From a virus: a stretch of DNA of 64,000 nt. Below are positions 52,950 to 63,533 of the stretch, in pieces. Location of the stretch: IMG/VR virus record IMGVR_UViG_3300002026_000021; one strand, given 5' to 3'. The notes under the pieces were generated by a model. That model was given only the letters and a program-made list of their open reading frames with translations. It was not told where the DNA came from and did not search any database. Numbering within the stretch: the first letter of the stretch is position 1; every line of letters starts with the position of its first letter. The position numbers and the translations under genes are program-made.

Positions 52950-54214
52950 ATATTATTAATATTACTACTAATGTTAAAAACAATGAAATCTATTTAGATA
53001 CTGATACTAAGGATAGATTTACTTTAGACTTAGTTAAAACTCAAATTAGGTTTAATGATAAATTAGCTAAACATTCTGATTTAGAGAAAATAGAAAATGA
53101 TATTAGTTATATTTCTAATAATTATGGACAAAAATATAATAATGGAGAAGATAAGAATAAACCAATGTTAAATTGGACTTATTTTTACTTTCAGGTATTA
53201 AAAATTCTAGCAAATGCTAATCGTAATTCTAGGTATGGAAGTTCCTATTATAAGTTTAAAAGACTCTTTACTAATTCTTATGCTGAAAAAGCTTTTGAAA
53301 ATAACTCTAGTAAAGCAGAGTTATTAGCTAAAAGTGGAATTCCTGTTAGACGATACTTAGAAATAGAAATTGAGGATATTAAGCTTATTCCTAGTGAATA
53401 TAAGATTAATCCTTATGAAATGTATATACCTACAAAAGAATATACAAATACTTTAAGAGAAATTGTTACAGTAGAAAAAGCATATAAATTAAATCCTAGA
53501 TTAGAACCAGTATATACTTATTTTTTATCTATATTAAAAGATAAAAATATAATTGCTAAATCTTTTGATGTTAAAGCATACTTTATAAACTCTGACTTTA
53601 GTGACCTTATAAACAAATATAAGTATGACCCAAAGAAGCTTGTTGATTATTTAGAAGAAGATGTTCGTTGGCAGGGATTACCTCCAATGTCTTCTTTCCT
53701 TAATAGGAATAATTACTACTCTTCATCAGCAAGAACTCTTTTATTAGATTATGCTAAAATGTCATTTGAATTAAACTCTAATACTAAGTTTGATAAATAT
53801 CCTAAGTATTTAAAGACAGTTCATGATATCGTTCAAATGAATTACGATTGTAAAATAGATGAGATTAAGAATAAGAAGTTTATTACTAATGTTAATTCTA
53901 AAGAGTATATTAAGTTTGATAATTATTCTTATAATAAGTATTTAGTATTAGCTCCTAAGCAGTCAGAGGATTTAACTAAAGAAGGCTCTGCTTTACATCA
54001 TTGTGTTGGTAGTTATATTTCTGATGTATTAGAAGGAATGACCAAAATCTTATTTATTCGTAGTAAGAAAGAACCTGAAGAGAGTTTGCTTACTATGGAA
54101 GTAAAGAATAATAGAGTAAATCAAGTTAAAGGGCATTCTAATAGACAGGTTAATCCTGATGAGTATGACTTTGTTAAGCATTTTGCTAAGAAATTTAATT
54201 TAGAATACGCTTGA
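52946..54214 (+). CDS. hypothetical protein (422 aa)
   Basis: ORF in track; Asn/Lys-rich. Confidence 0.5.
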   Translation: MNIINITTNVKNNEIYLDTDTKDRFTLDLVKTQIRFNDKLAKHSDLEKIENDISYISNNYGQKYNNGEDKNKPMLNWTYFYFQVLKILANANRNSRYGSSYYKFKRLFTNSYAEKAFENNSSKAELLAKSGIPVRRYLEIEIEDIKLIPSEYKINPYEMYIPTKEYTNTLREIVTVEKAYKLNPRLEPVYTYFLSILKDKNIIAKSFDVKAYFINSDFSDLINKYKYDPKKLVDYLEEDVRWQGLPPMSSFLNRNNYYSSSARTLLLDYAKMSFELNSNTKFDKYPKYLKTVHDIVQMNYDCKIDEIKNKKFITNVNSKEYIKFDNYSYNKYLVLAPKQSEDLTKEGSALHHCVGSYISDVLEGMTKILFIRSKKEPEESLLTMEVKNNRVNQVKGHSNRQVNPDEYDFVKHFAKKFNLEYA

Positions 54215-54256
54215 CATTTATTTGTAAATAGTGTATATTATTAATGGAGGTTATGA

Positions 54257-54481
54257 ATGACAAATAAAGAAAAGAACCTAGCTACATTTAAACTAGGGAG
54301 TATATTTGGTAAGTTCTTACTAATAGTATTAGTTCTTACTTTAGCAATTTCTTTCGGACAAGATTTAATAAATGGGACTTCTACAGTAGAAGTTTTTTCA
54401 GGAATCTTAGTTTGTTTAGTTGCAGTATTGGTGGTAGTTCGTACAGTTTTGTCTCTTATTCCTAAAGGAGAAGAAAAATGA
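54257..54481 (+). CDS. small membrane protein (74 aa)
   Basis: Two TM helices. Confidence 0.45.
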   Translation: MTNKEKNLATFKLGSIFGKFLLIVLVLTLAISFGQDLINGTSTVEVFSGILVCLVAVLVVVRTVLSLIPKGEEK

Positions 54482-55347
54482 AGAAGATGTATGTTGTTCT
54501 CATGGTTCTGATGATAATGCTAGTAGGGATGTCATGTACGAGGATTGATGCAGGGTATATTGGTCTGAAGGTTGATATGATGGGAGAAGGAAAGGGTTCT
54601 GTTACTGAAATTCCTCCTGGATATCAGTTAGCTCTTAACCCTAGCGTTAGTTACTTTAGCTTCCCTCAGTTCACTCAGACCTATAAATGGACAGAAGGAA
54701 AGGATGATACTTCTCCTAATGATGAAGCTATTCGTTTCCAAACTTCTGAGGGGTTGCAGATTACTGCTGATGTTGGTATTAGTTTCGCTGTTAGTAAAGA
54801 GAAAGGAGCGGCAACTTCCATTTATCTAAAGTATCGTAGAGGTGTTGAGGAGCTTATTGATAGTGTTATTCGTAATAAGGTTAGAGATACTTTTATGATT
54901 CATGGAAGTCGTTATACTGCTGACCAGATTATTGGTGATAGGAAAGGTGATTTACTACTTTCAGTAGAAAAGGATGTTAAGAATTATTTCCTACCTGAAA
55001 TTGAAATCGCTTCACTATCTTGGCTATCATCTCCTAGACCTCCACAGTCTGTTATTGACGCTCTTAACCTAAAGGTTCAGGCAACACAACTAGCTATGCA
55101 GAAAGAGAATGAAGTTCGTACTGCAAAGGCTGAAGCGGATAAGGCTGTTGAGAGTGCTAGAGGTCGTGCTGAATCAGTAACTATTGAAGCAACAGCACAG
55201 GCTAAGGCTAATAAGCTTCTTTCTGATTCAATGACTGATAGACTAATTCAGGCAAAGTATATTGAAAAGTGGGATGGAAAACTTCCTACTGTCCAGAGTG
55301 GTTCAGGAGGTGCTAATATCATTGACCTTCGTGGTTTGAATAAGTAG
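54478..55347 (+). CDS. SPFH/band-7 (prohibitin/HflC-like) membrane protein
   Basis: N-terminal TM; SPFH-like core followed by an Ala/Glu-rich coiled-coil (QAMQKENEVRTAKAEADKAVESARGRAE). Confidence 0.6.
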   Translation: MKKMYVVLMVLMIMLVGMSCTRIDAGYIGLKVDMMGEGKGSVTEIPPGYQLALNPSVSYFSFPQFTQTYKWTEGKDDTSPNDEAIRFQTSEGLQITADVGISFAVSKEKGAATSIYLKYRRGVEELIDSVIRNKVRDTFMIHGSRYTADQIIGDRKGDLLLSVEKDVKNYFLPEIEIASLSWLSSPRPPQSVIDALNLKVQATQLAMQKENEVRTAKAEADKAVESARGRAESVTIEATAQAKANKLLSDSMTDRLIQAKYIEKWDGKLPTVQSGSGGANIIDLRGLNK

Positions 55348-55414
55348 TTATTAAAGTATTTTAGTACTAAGGGTAGGGCTTAGGCTCTACCCTAATTTTA
55401 TTTAGGAGCTTAAT

Positions 55415-55756
55415 ATGAAAGTTATAGTTGCTGGTGGTAGAGATTTTATTCCTACAAAGGCTCATAGGGTGTGGTTAGTTCATCTTCTTTCCGAGATACT
55501 ACATGCTGATACTATTATCTGTGGTATGGCTCGTGGTGCTGATATGTTTGGATTTGAAACAGCTTGTGAGTTAGGATTAAAGGTTTTAGAGTTTCCTGCT
55601 AATTGGGATTTATTTGGAAAATCAGCAGGATATTTAAGAAATGAAGAGATGGCTAAAGTAGCAGATGTTTGTGTTCTGTTCCCTGGTGGTAAAGGAACTC
55701 AACATATGAAAGATATTGCTACTAAGTATAAACTTAAAGTCTATAAATATGACTAA
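55415..55756 (+). CDS. hypothetical Rossmann-like protein (113 aa; possible SLOG/DUF2493-type)
   Basis: VIVAGGRDF ... ICGMARGAD. Confidence 0.35.
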   Translation: MKVIVAGGRDFIPTKAHRVWLVHLLSEILHADTIICGMARGADMFGFETACELGLKVLEFPANWDLFGKSAGYLRNEEMAKVADVCVLFPGGKGTQHMKDIATKYKLKVYKYD

Positions 55757-55775
55757 TTGTTAATAGGAGATACTA

Positions 55776-56819
55776 ATGATTGAAGGATTTTGGTATTATT
55801 TAGGTAAATTATATGACGTAACTAATGACCGTCATGTTAATATGATTATTGACCACCCTGAAATGTTTGATTTGACTAAAGAATACATTAAAGATGTATT
55901 TCAACGTCATGGGGAAAAGCTTCGTGTAGAAGGTAAAGCTAGAGAAGAATTAATTATATCCGCTATTAAGAATGGTTGGATTAGAGTTAGACATTATGTT
56001 GGTAAACAAGACTATTGGTCAATTCAATATAATAATTTTGCTCAACAAAAGCGTTCTTTACATGATTTAGTAGAACACTTTGTTTTAGATTTAGGTATTA
56101 TGACTAAGGATGCTGAAGTTGTTTTCTTAGGATTTGGAGACAATACTAGATATGTATATTCCTTTATGGAAGGTGGAATTCTAAAGTTCATGCAAGAAAG
56201 AACATTAACTAAGTTTAGTATTCAATTAGTAGAAGACTTTAAGTTTATGAAGGAGTCTAGTCTAAGTAGAATTTTACAACATATTAAGAATGGGAAAACC
56301 TTTGGAGTAGTTTCTGCTTTCTTAGTAAAAAAGAAAAGACCTGAGAATATTCAAAGACATATTGAATTAAAACAAGACATACAAAATCTTGGTTTAGGAT
56401 ATATTGAACAAAACGCAGGGTATACTTATGAAGATGAAGATACAGGAGAAACTGAAACAGCAGACGAAATAAGCTTTTTTATTCCTAATATTGATAAGAA
56501 AACAATACTAATGTTAGGGAAAAAGTATCTACAGAAAGCCGTTTTATTTAAAGATGAAAATGTCTTTCAGAGTATTAAAACTACTGAAAAAGAGTTTGGT
56601 CAAATAGATATGAATTTCTCTAAGGAAAAAGGCTTTACTTATGACCCAGAAATACTCCAATATGCCTTTAGTGCTTTGATTAGAGCTAATGGAAACCAAA
56701 GAGGCGTTAAGTTTGCTTATTTAGGTGAGAAGGTATACCCAACAATTTATGATGGTTACAAAGCACAAAAAACAGGAAAACTACCTAAAACTAAATGGGT
56801 TGAGGTTATTTTAAAATAA
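55776..56819 (+). CDS. hypothetical protein (347 aa)
   Basis: ORF in track. Confidence 0.5.
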   Translation: MIEGFWYYLGKLYDVTNDRHVNMIIDHPEMFDLTKEYIKDVFQRHGEKLRVEGKAREELIISAIKNGWIRVRHYVGKQDYWSIQYNNFAQQKRSLHDLVEHFVLDLGIMTKDAEVVFLGFGDNTRYVYSFMEGGILKFMQERTLTKFSIQLVEDFKFMKESSLSRILQHIKNGKTFGVVSAFLVKKKRPENIQRHIELKQDIQNLGLGYIEQNAGYTYEDEDTGETETADEISFFIPNIDKKTILMLGKKYLQKAVLFKDENVFQSIKTTEKEFGQIDMNFSKEKGFTYDPEILQYAFSALIRANGNQRGVKFAYLGEKVYPTIYDGYKAQKTGKLPKTKWVEVILK

Positions 56820-56832
56820 TTACTAATTTCAG

Positions 56833-57297
56833 ATGAATGAATCTGAAGCATGTACAATCATCAAAAACTCCTTCCTAAATCAGGGGGAGTTTTTATTTAA
56901 GATTCCTGACCCTACTGGAACTTTTACTCAAACAATACAAAGACCTTTTGACTTAATAGGTTCATTAAAAACTCATGCAATCGCTATTGAAGCTAAGTAT
57001 ATGAAAGGATTACAGTCTTTTAATCTAAAAAAGGTAGAAGACCATCAGGTAGAATCCCTCTTACACTATAAAAATTCAATACAAGGAGCGATTAGTTTAG
57101 TAATGTTGGTAGTTTATGTGGGTATGGCAGATTACCGTGTTTATTACTTCGATATTGATACAATTAGTAGAAGAAGATTAGAAGGAAAGAACTACCTAAA
57201 AAAAGAATTAGAGTTACTACCTTACTTTATTATTAAAAGTGTTGATGGTCGTAAGCTCATTATTAATGATTTAAGTATACTTAATAATATTAACTAA
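56833..57297 (+). CDS. hypothetical protein (154 aa)
   Basis: ORF in track. Confidence 0.5.
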   Translation: MNESEACTIIKNSFLNQGEFLFKIPDPTGTFTQTIQRPFDLIGSLKTHAIAIEAKYMKGLQSFNLKKVEDHQVESLLHYKNSIQGAISLVMLVVYVGMADYRVYYFDIDTISRRRLEGKNYLKKELELLPYFIIKSVDGRKLIINDLSILNNIN

Positions 57298-57328
57298 TTA
57301 AGTATATATTAAGAAATAAGGAAGTTTT

Positions 57329-58321
57329 ATGATGGATAATAATAATGATATTGTTGATGCTATGAGTAAAGAAGCTCAGAACTTAGGTGTTACAGATAGT
57401 GGTACAACTACACAAAAAGCATGGGATTTAGCTAAACAGCAAGCTGGTCAAAAATATAATGATACAGACCCAGAGTACTACCCCTATGTAACGGAATTAA
57501 CTAGGCAGATTATGAATCAAACTGTTGGAGAAAAAAAACAACAGATGAATCCTAATCAACAGAAACCTTCTATGTTTTCTAATCCTGGTGAGAATTCCAA
57601 TTATACTCCTAAGCAAACTGCTATGGAATCAACAATGAAAGAAGAAATTAAAGATTTAGAATACTTTGATTGGAAAGTTAAATCTAATACTATGGTAGCT
57701 TCTGTTAGATTCCTTATTGAAGAAGCTCTATATCAAATGGATTTTACTCATGCTAAAGAGGGTAATTCTCAATGGAATTCAAGACTATCATTATTATCTA
57801 AAAAAGGTATTAATTCAGTATTATTAGTAAGTATTGACCAATTAAATGGTGACCCTACAATTCAGCGTATTTCTTCTTCAGAGAATCCTATTACTAATAA
57901 AGAAAAATTAAATAAGGTTATGAATAAAGCTTTTGAAGAATACTTTGCTGATTATAATAAAATGAACTTATTCCAGTATGTTATTTTTACTGCTTCTAAT
58001 ATACCTAGACTACAATTCCTATTACAATATGCTGATTGCTTTACTAAAAAATACACCAAGTTTGAATTATTTATAGAAATAGGTAATGAGTTAAAACAAT
58101 CAGGTAATTATTATGTAGCATTAAAAAACACTACAGCTAAATTAAAAGAAGATGAAGGTGGTGACACTGGTACAGTTATGGCATCATCCTTTGGAGATGA
58201 AATACCTTCCGATGCTGGTAGAACTAAAAAAGATTGGAAGAAAGATTGGGAACAACAAAAAGAATCAAAAAAGCGCGTTATATTAAGAAGGTTTGTTGAC
58301 CTGTCCTCAGTGGATAAATAA
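57329..58321 (+). CDS. hypothetical protein (330 aa)
   Basis: ORF in track; last gene of the rightward block. Confidence 0.5.
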   Translation: MMDNNNDIVDAMSKEAQNLGVTDSGTTTQKAWDLAKQQAGQKYNDTDPEYYPYVTELTRQIMNQTVGEKKQQMNPNQQKPSMFSNPGENSNYTPKQTAMESTMKEEIKDLEYFDWKVKSNTMVASVRFLIEEALYQMDFTHAKEGNSQWNSRLSLLSKKGINSVLLVSIDQLNGDPTIQRISSSENPITNKEKLNKVMNKAFEEYFADYNKMNLFQYVIFTASNIPRLQFLLQYADCFTKKYTKFELFIEIGNELKQSGNYYVALKNTTAKLKEDEGGDTGTVMASSFGDEIPSDAGRTKKDWKKDWEQQKESKKRVILRRFVDLSSVDK

Positions 58322-58322
58322 T

Positions 58323-58356
58323 TAAAAAGCCCTCGTAATTGAGGGCTTTTATTTTT
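58323..58356. terminator. bidirectional intrinsic terminator between convergent blocks
   Basis: AAAAAGCCCTCgtaattGAGGGCTTTTATTTTT. Confidence 0.75.
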
Positions 58357-58424
58357 AATTAATCATATTTAGTATTAGTGCTCCTAATATACCTAGAATT
58401 AATCCACCAATACCAAAGATGCCT

Positions 58425-58844
58425 CTATTTATCCACAGGTCCTTGTTTACTTGGGTTTTTAAGGTAGTCCACGATTCCTTCAGCTTCTTGAAGTCTTCCG
58501 TTTGCTCTGAATATAATTGCTTCAATTTCTGGAAGTCTTGTTCCGAAGTTATGTATTTCTGAGTTAAGTCCTGATATTCCACGCTTAACTTCTGATAGTC
58601 CTGTTCCAATTTGCCGAACTGAACTTCCAACATTAGAAATTGTTGCTCCCAACTCGACGTATCCTTTTTCAAATCCTTCAATTTGTCTTGTAAGCTCTGA
58701 TTGTCTTGCTTCAATTCTTGTAAGAGAACTGTTAACCTCTCCAATTTTATCTCTGAGGTTGTTTGTTCCTGTTGAGAGATTAAATAAGAAATAGATAATA
58801 AACAATAAAGTAATAAGAATAATCCCCTTTTCATATAGTTTCAT
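58425..58844 (-). CDS. N-terminal TM plus coiled-coil protein (139 aa; spanin- or tail-assembly-like); the alternative overlapping frame 58355-58834 is also open
   Basis: TM GIILITLLFIIYFLF followed by a heptad-rich region; two long ORFs overlap in different frames here. Confidence 0.4.
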   Translation of the reverse strand: MKLYEKGIILITLLFIIYFLFNLSTGTNNLRDKIGEVNSSLTRIEARQSELTRQIEGFEKGYVELGATISNVGSSVRQIGTGLSEVKRGISGLNSEIHNFGTRLPEIEAIIFRANGRLQEAEGIVDYLKNPSKQGPVDK

Positions 58845-58850
58845 TTCCTT

Positions 58851-59174
58851 TTATTTTCCTTCAATTTTCTGAGTAACAGTAGAGAATACTGGTGTTGTTG
58901 AAGTTCCATTTTTTTTATCAGTAATATCATTAACTGAGCTTAGTATCTCTTTTATATCCACCATAGTAGATAAATAGGAATAAAAGAATGTAAACATATA
59001 ACACATAGCTGAGGGTATAAATACAAATGCAGAAACCCAACCTTTTGCTGGTTCAAACATAGGTAATGAATAAAACAATGATGTAGTCCCCACTAAGAAG
59101 AAAGCAAAAGCTAGAACTCTTTTTGATGAATAAGGGGAATCCATTCCACCTTCTTTGAACATTGTTGATAACAT
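58851..59174 (-). CDS. small multi-TM membrane protein (holin-like topology)
   Basis: Two to three hydrophobic helices in 107 aa. Confidence 0.4.
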   Translation of the reverse strand: MLSTMFKEGGMDSPYSSKRVLAFAFFLVGTTSLFYSLPMFEPAKGWVSAFVFIPSAMCYMFTFFYSYLSTMVDIKEILSSVNDITDKKNGTSTTPVFSTVTQKIEGK

Positions 59175-59229
59175 AATTGACTCCTATAATAATTAGTCAT
59201 TTTGGGTATTTATATTATATATACTAACT

Positions 59230-59733
59230 ATGTATATTATTTTTACCGGAGGGTATATTATGAAGAACGTAGAAGCATTTGGGTTGTACCAGAATTTAAC
59301 TAAAGGAATGTTCTCTGAGTTAAAAGGAATGAAGTTTGTATATGCATTATCCAGAAATCAAGAGATATTAAAAAGAGAATTACCTATTATTGAAAGAGTA
59401 GTTAACCCTAAACCTAAGTTTATTGAGTATGATACTAAACGTGTAGAACTATTAAAAAAGTATTCTGAAAAGGATTTAGAGGGTAATCCAGTAATTAAGA
59501 ATGAGAATTATATTGTAAACCCTGAGTTTAAGGATGAGTTTAATTCAATTATGGATGAATTATCTAAAGAGTATGATACTGCTTTAGCTGAGAGGGAATC
59601 TGATATTGCTGAGTATAATAAACTATTAGATTCAGATATTAACTTTGAATTACACAAAATCAAAATAGAGAATATTCCTGAAGACATTAATAAAGTTCAG
59701 ATGGATGCTATTCTAGCTTTACTAGAAGAATAA
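59230..59733 (+). CDS. hypothetical protein (167 aa)
   Basis: ORF in track. Confidence 0.45.
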   Translation: MYIIFTGGYIMKNVEAFGLYQNLTKGMFSELKGMKFVYALSRNQEILKRELPIIERVVNPKPKFIEYDTKRVELLKKYSEKDLEGNPVIKNENYIVNPEFKDEFNSIMDELSKEYDTALAERESDIAEYNKLLDSDINFELHKIKIENIPEDINKVQMDAILALLEE

Positions 59734-59769
59734 ATTATTAAGGGAAGGATTAACTCCTTCCCTTTATTT

Positions 59770-60504
59770 TTAACATGCGGTTATCTCTACGCCTGTTACC
59801 CGTAGTATGTAATTATTATAATCTCTAGTTAGGAGGTCTATAGCCTCTTTGTTTTCAATACTACATCTTCTAGATTTTCTATATAATTGTGCTATTAATT
59901 CAGATATTTCTCTATCTCTAATCTCTTTTATAACTCTCAATGAATCTCTTTCAACATTATCAGAGAACCATAATAAATCTAATTCCCTAGAAACAATCTC
60001 TACTATAGTAGTTTTTTTATTAATAATATAATCATCAAACTCTGAGTCCTCCATTAAATGATAATGATTATTTATAAATGAAGACCTAACTATATCTTTT
60101 ATCTTAGAAAAGATATAGCTTATTGTAGTTGTATAAGTTAATAATTCACCTCTAACAACACTCCGTTCTAAATTAAACTTATTAGCTATTTCTAAAAACG
60201 CTTCTCTTAATAATGAAATTGCTGATAATTCTAGTTCTTCATATACTCTCATTTGAAGTTTAATTAAATTATTATTCAAATCAAAAGTCTTAGTATGATA
60301 ATCAGCAGTCTTTTGTACTAGATAGATAATCTCCTTTGCATACTTCTCTGGTATAAGGGGTTGGGTTTCCTCTTTTTCGGTGTGTGACATTGTTGCTCCA
60401 TCTCTAGTAATTTTAAATTTAGAACCTTTTATTACTATTATTATTAGTAATACACATATGGAGGCAATAGAACCGAAAACCCACGGTGAATTAATAAACT
60501 CCAT
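59770..60504 (-). CDS. membrane-anchored hypothetical protein (244 aa)
   Basis: N-terminal TM helix WVFGSIASICVLLIIIVI. Confidence 0.5.
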   Translation of the reverse strand: MEFINSPWVFGSIASICVLLIIIVIKGSKFKITRDGATMSHTEKEETQPLIPEKYAKEIIYLVQKTADYHTKTFDLNNNLIKLQMRVYEELELSAISLLREAFLEIANKFNLERSVVRGELLTYTTTISYIFSKIKDIVRSSFINNHYHLMEDSEFDDYIINKKTTIVEIVSRELDLLWFSDNVERDSLRVIKEIRDREISELIAQLYRKSRRCSIENKEAIDLLTRDYNNYILRVTGVEITAC

Positions 60505-60536
60505 TTCAATTTCCTTTTATTTTTACATAATTAATA

Positions 60537-61580
60537 TTATACTTTTCTTAACAATAAATTAGCAGTAACAACACCAGCGGCAGTAGTTGATAATGCTCTT
60601 AAATAAATATCAGTTTTTTCTGTCCATCTAAAGTCGTTGATTAGTGGTAAATCAATACATAATGCATTGTTTGAAGTACCTATAGCGAATTCCGTTTGGT
60701 AAGGATTAGAAGCTCCTGCTAATGTTTCTACGAAAGCACCAACAACACCAGTAGCGGCAACACCTAGAGTATTAGCACCAGCACGAAGGATACCAACATT
60801 AGAAGTAAATACAACAGTAGTAGCAGTAGCGACAGCAGTCCATCCTTTATATGTATATGAAGCAATTTTTGTGCATACTTGTTCTATTGAGTCTGTGTCT
60901 AATACTGCTACAGTAACAGCAGTAGTACCATCTAAAACTATTGATAAGTTTCCTGAAGCTGTTGGTTTTGCTGTAATTGTTAATGTTTGAATCTCTTGAA
61001 CGCCTGTTTCCTGAGATACAATATATAAATCAGAAATCTGAGTTCTAGCAGTTACTATTAACTGTCTAGCTTCTACTGTATAGCCTTTAGGAACAGTAAA
61101 TATACCTGATGTTGCTGTTCCATATCCTGCTAACATTCGTAACCATAAAGAAGTTTGTGTAGGAGGAATACCACCAGCTAATGTACCACCCTGTCCTGAT
61201 TTATAAACAACAATAGCACCAGCGTTTATCATTCCAGAACCAGTACGAACTACCTGTGCTGAGAATATTCTTAAATAAGATTTTGTTGAAGTAGCAGGAA
61301 CAGTTAAGGAACCTGATGTATTAACAATTTCTGTCTGAATATTATAATTACCATCTAATCCACAAATTTCTATCTGTTGTGCTCCTGTTCCACCAACAGC
61401 ATCAGCTACGCTTGTTGACGCAATATCAACAGGGTGAACTAAGTAAGTGGTAGCTAATGATTGATAGGTAATTAATAGTGGAGTAGTTAATTCATGTAAG
61501 TTTGTAATACCTGTGGTTAAAGACCCACAACGACCTCTTAATGACATTATTGTTCCTGAATATAAATCTTTTGCTCTCAT
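60537..61580 (-). CDS. virion structural protein (Thr/Ala/Gly/Ser-rich, beta-rich; capsid- or tail-fibre-like)
   Basis: Composition typical of phage structural proteins; GC-elevated. Confidence 0.45.
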   Translation of the reverse strand: MRAKDLYSGTIMSLRGRCGSLTTGITNLHELTTPLLITYQSLATTYLVHPVDIASTSVADAVGGTGAQQIEICGLDGNYNIQTEIVNTSGSLTVPATSTKSYLRIFSAQVVRTGSGMINAGAIVVYKSGQGGTLAGGIPPTQTSLWLRMLAGYGTATSGIFTVPKGYTVEARQLIVTARTQISDLYIVSQETGVQEIQTLTITAKPTASGNLSIVLDGTTAVTVAVLDTDSIEQVCTKIASYTYKGWTAVATATTVVFTSNVGILRAGANTLGVAATGVVGAFVETLAGASNPYQTEFAIGTSNNALCIDLPLINDFRWTEKTDIYLRALSTTAAGVVTANLLLRKV

Positions 61581-61595
61581 GTATTTTTCTTCCTT

Positions 61596-62282
61596 TTATT
61601 TAAATGACATTAGTGTATCAAATACAGCAGAGTAATATCCATTAGAAAACTCTACTTTATCTTTTATATTACCAGCAGATTCCTGTAATGAAACTGCTTC
61701 TTTTAATTTAATTTTAATATAGTTATATACTTCTTCTTCTGTAAGTGTTGCTAATGCTTTTTTTGTATAATCAATTGTATCATTAATTGCTTGTAAATAA
61801 CCTGATTCAAAAATAGATTTTTTACTTTTTTCTGAGTATAACTTCCATTTTTCTGATAGTACCTTTTTTGTTGCAGATTCTTTAAATAATTTTTTAACAG
61901 GCTCAGGTGTAGGTTCTATATTAGCTTCAATAACAACAGATTCATTTTTTTCTTCAATATTAACAGATTCATTAACAGATATTTGCATTGATTCCTTTAA
62001 CTCACAGGAATCTTTCCAAGGGATATGATATGTATTATCAGCAATTACTTCTAAATATGAGGATACTATCTTTGTTCCTGTTTCTTTTAGTATATATTTT
62101 AATGGAGGTAATACTACTTTAGCTATTTTTTCTTCAATTTTCCCTTTAATAGCTAAAGAGACTCCTGAGTCTAAATTAAGAATAAGTCTAGCTTCAGGAA
62201 GAGTTTTATTTCCTTCTACATTTATATTAAACTTTAATGTAACTTCTTTATCTACTAATACTGAAATCATTTTTATCTCCAT
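61596..62282 (-). CDS. hypothetical structural-module protein (228 aa)
   Basis: ORF in track. Confidence 0.45.
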   Translation of the reverse strand: MEIKMISVLVDKEVTLKFNINVEGNKTLPEARLILNLDSGVSLAIKGKIEEKIAKVVLPPLKYILKETGTKIVSSYLEVIADNTYHIPWKDSCELKESMQISVNESVNIEEKNESVVIEANIEPTPEPVKKLFKESATKKVLSEKWKLYSEKSKKSIFESGYLQAINDTIDYTKKALATLTEEEVYNYIKIKLKEAVSLQESAGNIKDKVEFSNGYYSAVFDTLMSFK

Positions 62283-62288
62283 TCATAC

Positions 62289-62606
62289 TTAATTAGTTAC
62301 TTTTACTGTCACATGATGTGTTTCGTATTTTATAGATTCTAGTTCAGCAGTAATAATAGGGTCAATACCGTTTAATTTTACTTCTACAAATAATGTTAAT
62401 GGCTTCTTACCTACTATAATAGACTCAGTTTGAATAACTTCATCAATTAAATCTTTTAAGTATTTATAATCAAACTTCTTAGCATATCCAACACCACCAA
62501 AACGATATTCATTACCTGTTTCAGGGTTAACTATTATTACTGTTGGACCATATCCTTGAGAAATAAGCTTTTGGCTTACACCCATGCCTCTGCTTATTAT
62601 TGACAT
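62289..62606 (-). CDS. hypothetical structural-module protein (105 aa)
   Basis: ORF in track. Confidence 0.45.
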   Translation of the reverse strand: MSIISRGMGVSQKLISQGYGPTVIIVNPETGNEYRFGGVGYAKKFDYKYLKDLIDEVIQTESIIVGKKPLTLFVEVKLNGIDPIITAELESIKYETHHVTVKVTN

Positions 62607-63367
62607 TATAGCTTTAATCTCTTAAATACATCAACATTATTAGGAAGTCCATTAGCATCTAATAATGAGAATCTCATAATTTCCTGTCCAGCACGAGAAT
62701 AGAAAATCATTATAGTACCTTGTATTTCCCAATTTCCTGCTTGTAAATCTAATAAAGATTCTGTATTTGTTTTTATTTCAGAAACTTCATTAATACTTTC
62801 TCCTACAGTTCCTGCTATATTATGCGCCACTTTAGGTTCATTCCAAACACCATCAACAAGAGCTTGGATATCAACGCCACCAGATGATGCTGTAGATAAT
62901 GCTTTAGCGGTTGAACCAATAATATCGTGATTAGCAATTAATTCATTCCAAACCATATTAACAATATCTATTTTATCTTGAGCGGTAACTCCTGAACCCG
63001 AAGTTACTGAAATTAATCCTGCTGAGTTACCTACAATTAAACTTACTTGATTAACATTCTTAACATCAGCAATATTATGATTTGCTCCAGTGCATGAAAC
63101 CGTATAAGGTGTACCGACATCTTGAAAAGTAATTGTATAAGGTGCTAAAATTTCTACTTGTCTTGCATATACTACACCTGAAAGGGAGGATGCTGTTGCA
63201 TGTCTATGGGTATCAGGCCATACTTGCCCTTCTTCTGAGTCCTCTAAATCTTTTAATGCTAATCTAAAAGCGTCAACATCTAAAGTATAGTTTGAACCTG
63301 AAATGAAGGTTAATTGATTTTGAGGAATGGTAATTATTCCTGAAGGCCAATCTATATTTACAGTCAT
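62606..63367 (-). CDS. hypothetical structural-module protein (253 aa)
   Basis: ORF in track. Confidence 0.45.
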   Translation of the reverse strand: MTVNIDWPSGIITIPQNQLTFISGSNYTLDVDAFRLALKDLEDSEEGQVWPDTHRHATASSLSGVVYARQVEILAPYTITFQDVGTPYTVSCTGANHNIADVKNVNQVSLIVGNSAGLISVTSGSGVTAQDKIDIVNMVWNELIANHDIIGSTAKALSTASSGGVDIQALVDGVWNEPKVAHNIAGTVGESINEVSEIKTNTESLLDLQAGNWEIQGTIMIFYSRAGQEIMRFSLLDANGLPNNVDVFKRLKL

Positions 63368-63533
63368 TTAGCTTCCTTGACAGGTTCAATAGGAATTGTT
63401 GAACTACCATTACCAAAACATTTATGAGTTCTTCTAAATACTTCTTTAGCGCAATACTCGCACCCTGGTTTTGGGTCATATAGTGAGTCATGCTCTTTAT
63501 CGTGAACTTCTTTATCTATCATATTACTATTCC

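Noticed and set aside
63273-63491. The 72-aa ORF 63273-63491 from the track.
   Set aside because: It overlaps the 3' part of gene 62606-63367 by ~95 nt in another frame. A cleaner 52-aa Cys-containing ORF (about 63367-63521, MIDKEVHDKEHDSLYDPKPGCEYCAKEVFRR...) fills the gap instead, but is below the size threshold, so neither was listed.
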